Assembly: GCA_022844165.1 (NCBI GenBank)
Contig: JALHMH010000005.1
Coordinates: forward strand, 32,001 to 96,000
Origin: Lysobacterales bacterium
Lineage (GTDB): Bacteria; Pseudomonadota; Gammaproteobacteria; Xanthomonadales; SZUA-5
Reading direction: 5' to 3'
Length of the DNA: 64,000 nucleotides
The notes below the pieces were generated by a model that did not search any database, was not told where the DNA came from, and saw only the letters and a list, made by a program, of their open reading frames with translations. The position numbers and the translations under genes are program-made. Of this stretch, positions 1 to 9,315 are shown piece by piece; within the stretch, counting starts at the first letter, position 1, and the number at the start of each line of letters is the position of its first letter.

Positions 1-153
1 ATCGGCGACTTCGAACACCGGCGTCTCGATCGGTAAAAAACCGAAGCGCTCATAGTTGCGACGGATCGTATCCAACATATCCTGGAACGCGATTTGATCG
101 AGCGGCAACAACTCCATCGTACCGGCGGGTGTACGCGGCTTGACGATACTCAT
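1..153 (-). CDS. hisS: Histidine--tRNA ligase, N-terminal part (runs off the window edge)
   Basis: Manual translation from ATG at 153 gives [51 protein letters not shown], the typical HisRS N-terminus with the GF-x-x-IETP motif. Confidence 0.9.
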   Translation of the reverse strand, partial: MSIVKPRTPAGTMELLPLDQIAFQDMLDTIRRNYERFGFLPIETPVFEVAD

Positions 154-239
154 GGTGGGAATGTCCTGGCGTTCGATGAGGGCGAAGGCTAGCGGATTCC
201 GAAGGGTCAGTTGTTCGTTGACCGATGTTGAAACGCCGA

Positions 240-590
240 TCATTCGTATCGCGTTACCGCCAATACGATGCCAAATTCAGACAACAGGCCCAAGGTCGCG
301 GAAGGAATGCGTAACGTCTGGACAGGAAACGTGTCGCTGCTCTGGATGCCAAAGTCCAACTCGCAATCGGCGCCATGCAACCGCAGTTTCTCTATTGCAA
401 CTTGATAGTGCGCGATGAAGCGATGCGCTTCTGCCACCTGTGCGACAAATGTCGGCGCATCTGAAAGGGTTAGATTGAACCTGCCCCGCGGGCGTCTCAC
501 GATCTGACGATCTGGCTTGTCGAGCGAATTCTCGAACGCCTCGACTGCCGCAGAGTGAGCACGACCAATACGGAGAACCGTACCCGTCAT
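240..590 (-). CDS. Small hypothetical protein
   Basis: 116-aa ORF whose start overlaps the stop of the MerR-family gene (587-590), co-oriented. No family confidently recognised. Confidence 0.6.
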   Translation of the reverse strand: MTGTVLRIGRAHSAAVEAFENSLDKPDRQIVRRPRGRFNLTLSDAPTFVAQVAEAHRFIAHYQVAIEKLRLHGADCELDFGIQSSDTFPVQTLRIPSATLGLLSEFGIVLAVTRYE

Positions 591-949
591 GCCGGACGAA
601 GAATCTCCAACACCGCTTCAAGATCCAGGCGCATTTGCCGCACGATGCCGGCGGGCACTTTGGCCGGTTCGGGTTTGCTCGACTCAAGGTCCATACGCTG
701 ACGAGCGCCGCCGATGGTGAAGCCTTGTTCGTACAAAAGGCTGCGAATCTGGCGAATCATCAATACGTCATGGCGCTGGTAGTAACGACGATTACCGCGG
801 CGTTTGACTGGCTTCAGGCTTGGAAATTCCTGTTCCCAATAGCGCAGCACATGCGGCTTGACGCCGCAAAGCTCGCTCACCTCACCGATCGTGAAGTAGC
901 GCTTGGCCGGAATTGGCGGTAGCTCGCTATTGCTGCCCGGATCCAGCAT
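587..949 (-). CDS. MerR-family transcriptional regulator (ihfA-associated)
   Basis: [25 protein letters not shown]...RRYY HTH signature; usual position downstream of ihfA. Confidence 0.93.
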   Translation of the reverse strand: MLDPGSNSELPPIPAKRYFTIGEVSELCGVKPHVLRYWEQEFPSLKPVKRRGNRRYYQRHDVLMIRQIRSLLYEQGFTIGGARQRMDLESSKPEPAKVPAGIVRQMRLDLEAVLEILRPA

Positions 950-1229
950 ACGCTTCCACTCTCGCCTTCAACTTCTGCCCTGACCTGAACGTCACGACCC
1001 GGCGCGCCGAGATCGGAATTTCCTCGCCGGTTTTGGGATTGCGACCCGGCCGCTGATTTTTCTGGCGCAGATCGAAATTGCCAAAGCCCGACAGCTTGAC
1101 GTTCTCCCCCTGTTGCAGCGCATCGCGAATCACGTCGAAAAAAATATCGACGAATTCCTTAGCTTCGCGCTTGTTCAAGCCAACATCTTCGAACAAGCGT
1201 TGCGCCATTTCGGCTTTGGTCAGCGCCAT
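927..1229 (-). CDS. ihfA: Integration host factor subunit alpha
   Basis: MALTKAEMA...VKLSGFGNF...[22 protein letters not shown]; follows pheT. Confidence 0.98.
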   Translation of the reverse strand: MALTKAEMAQRLFEDVGLNKREAKEFVDIFFDVIRDALQQGENVKLSGFGNFDLRQKNQRPGRNPKTGEEIPISARRVVTFRSGQKLKARVEAYAGSGQQ

Positions 1230-1232
1230 CCC

Positions 1233-3587
1233 CTAACTCCGAACCGTAGCACCACATGTTGCTGCCGCAGCTTTAATGACAGTTGCCATCGCAGCTTCCA
1301 CTTCAGCCTCGCTAAGAGTGCGCGATTCGTCCTGGAAAATCAAGCCGATAGCGACACTCTTCGAGCCGACCTCGACCCCTGCGCCGCGGTACACGCTCAT
1401 GAGCTTCAGGTCAACCAGTTTGGCGCCCGCAGCAGTCCTTGCCGTCGCCGAGAGGGATTCGAATGAGACGTCATCACTGACTAACAGCGCCAAATCTCGC
1501 CGAACAGATGGAAATTTCGACCATTCGCGGCTTCGCGGCAACGCCCGCGCCACCACTGCACCGGTACTCAACTCAGCAACGACAATGGATCCAACACCAA
1601 GCTCGCTCGCAAGCCTGGGGTGCAAAACGCCGATGAACCCGATTTCGCGATCATCAACGTATACCCGCGCGCATTGACCGGGATGCAAGAATTCTGGCCC
1701 GCCCGCTTCGCATCGAACTGCCGCCAAGGCCTCAATGTCCGCCTTCAGGTCGTAGAAATCCACCGCGCGCGCGGTTTGCGACCATTGCTCCGGGGCTGCT
1801 GCGCCGGCGAGTACAAAAGCAATGCGCTCTTCCTCAACCGGTTGACCGCCAACATTGAGGTAAACCCGCCCCAGTTCAAACAGGCGTGCCCGCGACTGCT
1901 GGCGATCAAGATTGAACTTAAGTGCCGCCACCAAGGTCGGCAACAACGAGGTCCGCATGACCGCCAGATCCGCAGACAGCGGGTTTGCCAGCGTCAGCCT
2001 TGGCGCTTGAATGCCCCAGGTATCCAGCGTCGAAGCACTCAGGAACGCGAAGGTCAACGCTTCGTGATAACCACGCGAAACCAGACGCTCGCGCAAGCGC
2101 AACGCGGGCAGCCGTGACTCGTCCGCTGGCACAACTGACAATTCACCGCGCGGCGCGGCAACCGGGATCTCATCATAACCATGGATTCGCGCCACCTCTT
2201 CGATCAGGTCTTCTTCGATGGCGATGTCGAAACGCGCGCTGGGCGGCGTGATCTGCCAGCCACCATCGGTCTGTTCAATTTCCATCCCCAGGGCACCCAG
2301 GATGCGCTCGACGCAAGTATCGGGAATTGCGATGCCAAGCACTCTTTCAATTCGGGCACGGCGCAATGGTACCGACGGGCGTCGTGGAAAACCGTCAGCA
2401 TGCTCGGCCCGGCAGATCGGCCCGGCTGCGCCGCCGGCTATCGTCAGCAAAAGCGCCGTGGCACGTTCGATCGCAATCGCCGGCAGTGCCGGATCGACGC
2501 CGCGCTCGAAACGGTGCGAAGCATCGGTATGAAGTCCCAAACGGCGTGCTCGACCGCTGATCGCGGCAGGCACAAAATGCGCGCTTTCCAAGAACACACG
2601 TGTGGTCCTGTCTGTAACCCGCGACGAATGCCCGCCCATGACGCCGGCCAAGGCGAGCGCTTTCTCATCGTCGGCGATCAATAAGAACTCACCATCCAGC
2701 GATACGTCACGCTCGTCGAGCAGCTTGAGCGTTTCCCCCGGCCTGGCGCGCCGGACTCGCACACCGCCGCGCACGGCATCGGCATCGAAAGCATGCAACG
2801 GCTGGCCCAGTTCCAGCATGACGTAGTTCGTGACATCGACCAGCGCCGAAATTGAACGCAATCCAGCACGCCGCAGACGCTCGCGCATCCACAACGGCGT
2901 TGAAGCTTTCGGATCGAGGCCTTCGATGACACGACCCAGATAAAGCGGACACCCAGCACCATGCTCACTTTCCACCGGCAATTGTGTTGGAAGTGTCGGT
3001 TGCACCGGCTCGATCACCGGCAATCGTGTTTCGCAAGCAAACTCAGTAGCGACTTCACGCGCCAAACCAGCCAACCCGAGACAATCGCTGCGATTCGGTG
3101 TCAGGCCAAGTTCGATCACCGCATCCGGCAATCCGAGCCAGGCGCCCAACGCGGCGCCCACCGGTGCATCGGCTGGCAACTCCATCAACCCACTGGCGTC
3201 GGCATCGAGCCCCAGCTCTTTGGCAGAACACAACATGCCATGTGAATCCACACCGCGCAGTTGCGCCGCGTTGATCGACAAGCCACCTGGCAACGTACAC
3301 CCAATCCTGGCCAGTGGCGCAAGCAATCCGACGCGCGCATTCGGCGCACCGCAGACAATTTGCAATAGCTCCGATTGGCCGACATCGACTCGACAAACGC
3401 GCAAGCGATTTGCATCCGGGTGCGGCTCGGCGCTGACGATACGCGCGACGACCACTCCGTCGAGCGTCGCGTCCATTGGCACGATCGATTCAACTTCAAG
3501 CCCGCACATGGTCAGCCGATGCGTGAGCTCATCACGCGATGCCTGCACGTCAACCAACTCGCGCAGCCAGTTCTCCGAAAATTTCAT
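1233..3587 (-). CDS. pheT: Phenylalanine--tRNA ligase beta subunit
   Basis: MKFSENWLRE start, IVCGAPN, TPNRSDC, RFERGVD, DLIEEVARIHGY and the C-terminal RRDLA anticodon-binding motif. Confidence 0.98.
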   Translation of the reverse strand: MKFSENWLRELVDVQASRDELTHRLTMCGLEVESIVPMDATLDGVVVARIVSAEPHPDANRLRVCRVDVGQSELLQIVCGAPNARVGLLAPLARIGCTLPGGLSINAAQLRGVDSHGMLCSAKELGLDADASGLMELPADAPVGAALGAWLGLPDAVIELGLTPNRSDCLGLAGLAREVATEFACETRLPVIEPVQPTLPTQLPVESEHGAGCPLYLGRVIEGLDPKASTPLWMRERLRRAGLRSISALVDVTNYVMLELGQPLHAFDADAVRGGVRVRRARPGETLKLLDERDVSLDGEFLLIADDEKALALAGVMGGHSSRVTDRTTRVFLESAHFVPAAISGRARRLGLHTDASHRFERGVDPALPAIAIERATALLLTIAGGAAGPICRAEHADGFPRRPSVPLRRARIERVLGIAIPDTCVERILGALGMEIEQTDGGWQITPPSARFDIAIEEDLIEEVARIHGYDEIPVAAPRGELSVVPADESRLPALRLRERLVSRGYHEALTFAFLSASTLDTWGIQAPRLTLANPLSADLAVMRTSLLPTLVAALKFNLDRQQSRARLFELGRVYLNVGGQPVEEERIAFVLAGAAAPEQWSQTARAVDFYDLKADIEALAAVRCEAGGPEFLHPGQCARVYVDDREIGFIGVLHPRLASELGVGSIVVAELSTGAVVARALPRSREWSKFPSVRRDLALLVSDDVSFESLSATARTAAGAKLVDLKLMSVYRGAGVEVGSKSVAIGLIFQDESRTLSEAEVEAAMATVIKAAAATCGATVRS

Positions 3588-3658
3588 GGATCAGTGGAGC
3601 CAAAAAACGGGGGGCGAGACTCTAGCAGGTTGCCGGGATCGTCGTTGCGCTCCGCCAA

Positions 3659-3760
3659 CTACTCAAAGCCACTGGCGAACAACCTGTCGGACAAGGTGCA
3701 ACCGCTGATGGTGACGCAGACGGCGGCACTCAGCGTAGCCCATCCAACGAAAGCAATCGG
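3659..3760 (-). pseudogene. Orphan 3' gene remnant encoding ...VTISGCTLSDRLFASGFE-stop
   Basis: The frame ends in the same GFE tag as three intact secreted proteins in the window, but upstream it runs into an intrinsic terminator at 3778-3811, with no signal peptide or credible start. Confidence 0.5.
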
Positions 3761-3777
3761 TGCGCCCTGCCGGGCGC

Positions 3778-3811
3778 AAAAAAAAGCCGCGACGGGGTTT
3801 CCGCCGCGGCT
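3778..3811 (-). terminator. Rho-independent terminator
   Basis: Minus-strand hairpin AGCCGCGGCGG-AAACC-CCGUCGCGGCU followed by a U run (A tract at 3778-3785 on plus). Confidence 0.85.
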
Positions 3812-3885
3812 GCGAAGGTCATCCGCTGGGGAGTGCATCAAAAAGCGGAGGCATCGAAAGGAGCCATCATTCTCCCCTCGACACA
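3778..3885 (-). ncRNA. Candidate small RNA with three stem-loops
   Basis: Stem 1 UCGAGGGGAG/CUCCUUUCGA (3872-3881 with 3854-3863); stem 2 UCCGCU/AGCGGA with an ACUCCCC loop; stem 3 is the terminator. No credible ORF feeds the terminator. Confidence 0.5.
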
Positions 3886-4028
3886 GCGCATAGGATGCCA
3901 TGATCGAGTTGCGAAATCGCGAAGGTTCTCTGACTTGTTTCGGGCGTGGCGAGGGACATGAACGTACAAACAACTTCACATATCATTCATAACATATTGA
4001 TATTTATACCTTCGTTGGATTTCTTCAC

Positions 4029-4058
4029 TGACATCAAACGGACGTAAAGATGATGTCA
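4029..4058. promoter_or_regulatory. Inverted repeat / possible Pho-box-like site upstream of phoD
   Basis: Perfect IR TGACATCA-N14-TGATGTCA; CTGACAT at 4028 resembles a Pho-box half-site; AT-rich tract at 3975-4010. Confidence 0.4.
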
Positions 4059-4096
4059 AAATCTCCGCCATCGTCAGGCCACGGCGTAAAATCTCA

Positions 4097-5635
4097 ATGG
4101 TTAACAAATTAAGTCGTCGTGTTGCATTGCAGCACATCGGATCCCTGGTCGCCAGCGTTGGGCTGATGACCCACCGACCGGTACGAGCTCAAACCAGAAC
4201 ACGATTTGTCCTCGATCCATTTTCTCTTGGCGTAGCCAGTGGCTATCCAACCACCACCGGCATCTCGCTCTGGACTCGTTTGGCACCCGCACCACTGCGT
4301 AGCGACGGCGGCATGGATCCCGAACGCGTTCCGTTCGTCTGCGAAATTGCGGACGACGAGAACTTCAGATCCATCGTGCGGGCGATCCAATCGGAAGCGT
4401 ACGCCGATGTCGCGCACAGCGTGCATCTCGACGTGGAGGGCCTGAAGCCGGGAAGAGCCTACTTCTATCGATTCCAGAGCGGCGACGCGACCAGCCGGGT
4501 CGGCCGCTTTGCAACGTTGCCCAACGCTGTTGACGATTACCGTATCGCATTCGCCAGTTGTCAGAACTTTGAACATGGCTACTTCTCTGCGTATCGACTG
4601 ATGCTGCGCGATGCACCGAATCTGGTTTTGTTCCTGGGCGATTACATCTACGAGAACCAGTGGGGCAACGACTCGATCCGCAAACATCTGGGACCAGAGA
4701 CGAACACCTTGGCGCAATACCGCACACGGCATGCGCAGTACAAACTCGACCCGGATTTGCAGGCGATGCATGCCAGCACACCGTTCGCTTTCGCATGGGA
4801 CGACCATGAGGTCGATAACGACTATGCGGGCGATGTCTCGGAGAATCTGGACCCGCAGTTCTTCAAGCGACGCATCGCCGCTTATCAAGCGTACTTCGAA
4901 CACATGCCATTGCCGCGGCGCATGTTCCCGACGCGCGACGAGATGCGCATCTATACGCACTTCGATATCGGCAAACTCCTCCGTGTTTACCTGCTCGACG
5001 ATCGGCAGTACCGCACATCCCAGCCCTGTCCGCGCGACAACCGTGTTGGCTCGCGCACACTGGATGAGTGCAGGCCCGACGGACCGCACACGCTGCTCGG
5101 CAGAGCACAGGAAGCATGGCTCGACGCGCGGTTCGCAGACAGCCCGGCCCGCTGGAATTTGATCGCGCAACAAACATTGTTGTCGCCTCTGGACGAATCG
5201 CCCGGCGCAGGTCGCGGGCTTTGGACCGATGGTTGGGATGGTTATCCAGCGGCGCGCAAGCGCCTTTTGGAAGCGATCCAAAACAACCGTTTGCGCAATC
5301 CGATCGTCGCCGGCGGCGACTTACACGCGCACATCGTGGCAAGCGTGCCCGGAGATCCTGAGCGCTTCGAATCCAAACCGATCGCGAGCGAGTTCGTCGC
5401 CACATCGCTTTCCGCTGACGGCAGGCCACAGTCGTATTACGACGAGCGTCGAATTGACAATCCTCATGTGCAATTGTTGCGCAGCGATGTACGGGGTTAT
5501 ACCCTGCTCGACATCGGCAGCGATCGGGTGTTGGCCAAACTACAGTCGGTATCGGACGTGCGTGAGCGCGAACCCACTTTCTCGACACTCGCGAGCTTTA
5601 CGGTAGAGGACGGGACACCGGGGCCACAGTCGTAG
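4097..5635 (+). CDS. phoD: Alkaline phosphatase D family protein, Tat-exported
   Basis: SRR Tat motif; PFSLGVASG, FASC, LGDYIYE, WDDHEVDND, LDDRQYR, DGWDGY, GDLH. Confidence 0.95.
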   Translation: MVNKLSRRVALQHIGSLVASVGLMTHRPVRAQTRTRFVLDPFSLGVASGYPTTTGISLWTRLAPAPLRSDGGMDPERVPFVCEIADDENFRSIVRAIQSEAYADVAHSVHLDVEGLKPGRAYFYRFQSGDATSRVGRFATLPNAVDDYRIAFASCQNFEHGYFSAYRLMLRDAPNLVLFLGDYIYENQWGNDSIRKHLGPETNTLAQYRTRHAQYKLDPDLQAMHASTPFAFAWDDHEVDNDYAGDVSENLDPQFFKRRIAAYQAYFEHMPLPRRMFPTRDEMRIYTHFDIGKLLRVYLLDDRQYRTSQPCPRDNRVGSRTLDECRPDGPHTLLGRAQEAWLDARFADSPARWNLIAQQTLLSPLDESPGAGRGLWTDGWDGYPAARKRLLEAIQNNRLRNPIVAGGDLHAHIVASVPGDPERFESKPIASEFVATSLSADGRPQSYYDERRIDNPHVQLLRSDVRGYTLLDIGSDRVLAKLQSVSDVREREPTFSTLASFTVEDGTPGPQS

Positions 5636-5759
5636 CTGCACCATGAGCGATGGGCATTGACATACGCCACCGTCTTGTCGGTGCATTCAGGCAAGGCGCG
5701 ACGACGCGCGTATAGTCCGCGCCGATTCGGATGCATACGATTTCATAGCGAGGTTATTC

Positions 5760-6857
5760 ATGGTTTTCGATGTCGTCGGGCAAATGGGCCACGAGCAGGT
5801 TGTGTTTTGCCATCACAAAGATGTGGGTTTGAAAGCCATCATCGCAGTCCACAACACGACGCTCGGTCCAGCGCTTGGCGGCTTACGCATGTGGCCGTAC
5901 AAGAGCGAGCAGGAAGCGCTCAACGATGTGCTGCGGTTGTCGCGCGGCATGACCTTCAAAGCCGCGGTTGCGGGGCTCAATCTGGGCGGCGGCAAAGGTG
6001 TCATCATCGGCGATCCGTCGCGCGACAAGTCGGAGGGCTTGTTTCGCGCTTTCGGTCGCTTCGTCAACTCGCTCGGTGGTCGATACATCACCGCAGAAGA
6101 TGTCGGGATCGACGTGAACGATATGGAATACGTCATGCAGGAGACGGATTTTGTCACCGGCGTGCATCAGGTCCACGGCGGTTCCGGCGATCCGTCGCCG
6201 TTCACGGCCGCCGGCACCTTGCAAGGAATCATGGCCAGCTTGAACGTGCGCTACGGCAACGAAAATGTCGGTCAATATGCGTATGCAGTGCAAGGGGTTG
6301 GGCACGTCGGCTTTGAACTGTGCAAGCTGTTACGCGGCGAAAAAGCCAAGGTATTCGTGACGGACATCAATCGCACAGCGGTGCAACGTTGCGTCGATGA
6401 ACTCGGATGCGAAGCTGTTGCCCTGGACGATATCTACGATGTCGACGCAGATGTGTACGCGCCCTGTGCTTTGGGCGGTACCGTGAATGAAAAAACCATG
6501 CCGCGCTTTAAGTTCAAGATCGTTTGCGGCGCTGCGAACAACCAGCTCGCCACCGACGAATGTGGCGACGAATTAGAACGCCGCGGCATCTTGTACGCGC
6601 CCGACTACGCAGTGAACGCCGGCGGCCTGATGAATGTCTCCATTGAGCTGGACGGGTACGATCGCGAGCGCGCCATGCGCATGTTGCGCACGATCTACTA
6701 CAACGTCGGCAAGATCTTCAAAATCGCCAAACGCGATGGCATTGCCACATGGAAAGCATCTGATCGCATGGCCGAAGAGCGAATCAACACCATCGGTCGC
6801 GTGCGCATGCCCTTTACTGGCACGAGCCGGCCGATGTTCAAAGGCCGGTCGCGCTAA
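5760..6857 (+). CDS. Leucine dehydrogenase (Glu/Leu/Phe/Val dehydrogenase family)
   Basis: GPALGGLR, LSRGMTFK, GGGKGVI, YITAEDVG, QGVGHVG, PCALGG, GAANNQL, APDYAVNAGG. Confidence 0.93.
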   Translation: MVFDVVGQMGHEQVVFCHHKDVGLKAIIAVHNTTLGPALGGLRMWPYKSEQEALNDVLRLSRGMTFKAAVAGLNLGGGKGVIIGDPSRDKSEGLFRAFGRFVNSLGGRYITAEDVGIDVNDMEYVMQETDFVTGVHQVHGGSGDPSPFTAAGTLQGIMASLNVRYGNENVGQYAYAVQGVGHVGFELCKLLRGEKAKVFVTDINRTAVQRCVDELGCEAVALDDIYDVDADVYAPCALGGTVNEKTMPRFKFKIVCGAANNQLATDECGDELERRGILYAPDYAVNAGGLMNVSIELDGYDRERAMRMLRTIYYNVGKIFKIAKRDGIATWKASDRMAEERINTIGRVRMPFTGTSRPMFKGRSR

Positions 6858-6957
6858 CTGGCAACTGGCGATATTGCTATTCGCCAGCTTTTCTGAGGCG
6901 GATCGACGCCGCGCGCGCTCATGGTTCAACGCAACGACCGCATCGCGTGAAGCGCGC

Positions 6958-7962
6958 TCAATCTCTGCGCGCCTGCGACTCCAGATGTAGCACACGCTCC
7001 GACACAAAACTCTCTGGCGGTGAGCTGGGGAGGTTGGCAAGACGAAACACCGCATTCATGACATCGCGCTCGGTGGCGCCTTCTTTCATCCAGTGCCGCA
7101 GTGCTTCATCCCGGATTGCGATGTCATCGACCGTCGTTGAATACGCCTGATCCTGCCACTCAATGGTGCGAACACGTTCGGCCCAAACCCTGCGTTCCGC
7201 CGCTGTCACGGCGCGGCGATAGCCCAGCGATGCCGCGAAGTTGACGACGATCTGGTCGGTCCCCTCGCTCGCCATGCGATCGAGCAAGAGTCCGCACGAA
7301 GCCGGTGGCCACGGCGCATCTTTGCCACACCACCTGGCTACCGGTTGGAGCGGCAAGCTAACGGCGGCATCGAAAGCGAAGCCGATCACCATGCCCAAAT
7401 CGCGCCAATCCGATCCGTGTCCGTCCGCTTGCAACTGTTGCTGCAACTCCGCTGACGGTTCCGGCAGGTTGGCCTCGCGCCAGAGCTGTCCGATCGCCCG
7501 GACCATGAGCCCGAAATCCGACCCTGCACGCCTGGCCACGGCCGCTCGACCGATCAGACGCTCCGCATCCGCAAGATTAGCTTCACTGACTTCGGGCAGC
7601 TGTTCAAGCCAGGCTATCAGGCTGTCCGGATCGACTTGCGCCAACTCGTAGGCAAGTGTGCGGCGCTCGTTGTGATCGCGAGCATCGACCATGCGCAAAC
7701 GCAGTATCAGCGGGTCTCGCGCAACCTGCGCTGCGAGCTGCTCCTCCAGCGACACGGCGCGAGCACTCGGCGCTGCCGGGCGCTCGCTATCCGGCAAGCT
7801 GAGCAGCAGTTTGGCGCCGAGGAATTTTTTGATCGGATCGGCAGATGTCATGGCGTGCTCCGCGACCGCCTGTTGCATCGCCGACATTTCGAGATCGACT
7901 CGCGACGCCTCGCGCGCGCACAGCGGCGTGGTGACTAACAAGAGAATGGCGACAATCCGCAT
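6958..7962 (-). CDS. Secreted hypothetical protein
   Basis: Start reassigned to ATG 7962 (CAGGAG RBS upstream), giving signal peptide MRIVAILLLVTTPLCA; mostly helical-looking, with a Cys pair. Confidence 0.75.
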   Translation of the reverse strand: MRIVAILLLVTTPLCAREASRVDLEMSAMQQAVAEHAMTSADPIKKFLGAKLLLSLPDSERPAAPSARAVSLEEQLAAQVARDPLILRLRMVDARDHNERRTLAYELAQVDPDSLIAWLEQLPEVSEANLADAERLIGRAAVARRAGSDFGLMVRAIGQLWREANLPEPSAELQQQLQADGHGSDWRDLGMVIGFAFDAAVSLPLQPVARWCGKDAPWPPASCGLLLDRMASEGTDQIVVNFAASLGYRRAVTAAERRVWAERVRTIEWQDQAYSTTVDDIAIRDEALRHWMKEGATERDVMNAVFRLANLPSSPPESFVSERVLHLESQARRD

Positions 7963-8114
7963 CGTTCGCTCCTGAAGTGTTGTCCTGCGACTATATCGGT
8001 ATGAAGCGCACGCGCTATCTGCCGAAAGCCCTAAGCAGCCTGACCCCATACCTATGGGACGGCAAACCCCGATCTGCGTCCTAAGATAAGGCTACCTGAT
8101 CATCGGAGTTCGCT

Positions 8115-9296
8115 ATGCGCGCACGTGCACTGCTTCACGGTCTCCTGGCCCTGGCAGGATCGACCATCGCCAACAGCGTTGCAGCGGCTGCGCCTGCGCT
8201 CACTTTGCTCACGCCCGGCGGCGTCGCCGAAGGCGACACTGGCGCGCGAGCATTGCCATTCGGCATGCGCTGGACGCCGCTCCCCGGTGTCACAGGTGCG
8301 TACCAGGTGCAATGGCAAACCACCGATGGCAGCGCCACGGCGGGGAACGACTATGTCGCTGCAAGCGGCACAGCGACGCTTTCGCCTCAACAGACTTTCG
8401 TACCACTTTCAGTCATGGTTTTGGGTGATGAAGTCATCGAGCCGAATGAGGATATTCGCATCGTCTACCAGGTCGTTGGTGCGGCGATCAGCGGCAACGG
8501 TGCGTTGTGGATCAGCGACGATGACGGCGCATCGCCACCGCCTCCACCGCCAACTGTACTGATTCAGGCGCTTGATGCCAGCGTCACCGAACCGACCACA
8601 GGCGTACTCGATGTCGGCGTGATGTTGTTGCGACTGGGTCCAAACAACGGCTCGGTCGACGTCGACTTCAACGTCGATGCCTCCAGCAGCGCCGCACATG
8701 GCCAGGATTGGACGGGCCCAACGGCCGGCCGGATTCAGTTTGCGCCAGGGCAAACCATGCGCCGTATCGACTTGGCGGTATTGGCCGACGCGGAACAGGA
8801 AGGCATCGAGAGCATTCGGTTTTCTCTAGCGACGGCAGCCCCGGCGCTACTGCCACGAGAGCACGCCACCGTCACGATACGCGACCGCATCAGTGGCGTT
8901 GGTGCTGGCGTGGGAATCGTTGCGTGTCGCCGAGCCTTGTTGGAGAACGACGGTCCGGCGCGAGTGGTGGTCCGCCGCCACGGCGATAGTGGCGGTGCGC
9001 TCGAGCTCGACTATCGAACGGTCGACGGCAGCGCGCGCGCCGGAGCAGACTACACGGCAATCTCGGGAACCCTCAGCTGGGTGGCTGGCGATGCGACACC
9101 GCGCCTGATCGACATTACCCTGGCGACAGACAGTCAAATCGAACCACCCGAGTCGTTCACGGTGCAGATCTTGGATCCGCAGCCGGGCGTTAACCTCGCT
9201 CCAGCCGGCACCGGCATCATCATTCTTGATGCACACGATCAGATATTGATCGACGACTTCGCGCCCGGATGCGACGACCCTGCGAGCGGCGAATGA
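8115..9296 (+). CDS. Secreted Calx-beta repeat protein (three repeats)
   Basis: Signal peptide; repeats such as T-DGSATAGNDY...SGT, DGSARAGADY...SGTLSW, and D-x-x-x-E-x-x-E; poly-Pro linker. Confidence 0.88.
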   Translation: MRARALLHGLLALAGSTIANSVAAAAPALTLLTPGGVAEGDTGARALPFGMRWTPLPGVTGAYQVQWQTTDGSATAGNDYVAASGTATLSPQQTFVPLSVMVLGDEVIEPNEDIRIVYQVVGAAISGNGALWISDDDGASPPPPPPTVLIQALDASVTEPTTGVLDVGVMLLRLGPNNGSVDVDFNVDASSSAAHGQDWTGPTAGRIQFAPGQTMRRIDLAVLADAEQEGIESIRFSLATAAPALLPREHATVTIRDRISGVGAGVGIVACRRALLENDGPARVVVRRHGDSGGALELDYRTVDGSARAGADYTAISGTLSWVAGDATPRLIDITLATDSQIEPPESFTVQILDPQPGVNLAPAGTGIIILDAHDQILIDDFAPGCDDPASGE

Positions 9297-9315
9297 TCCG
9301 GCCCATGCGGGCGGA

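Noticed and set aside
3659-3979. 106-aa ORF as an intact gene
   Set aside because: It reads through a strong terminator and RNA hairpins; only the last ~30 codons look protein-like.
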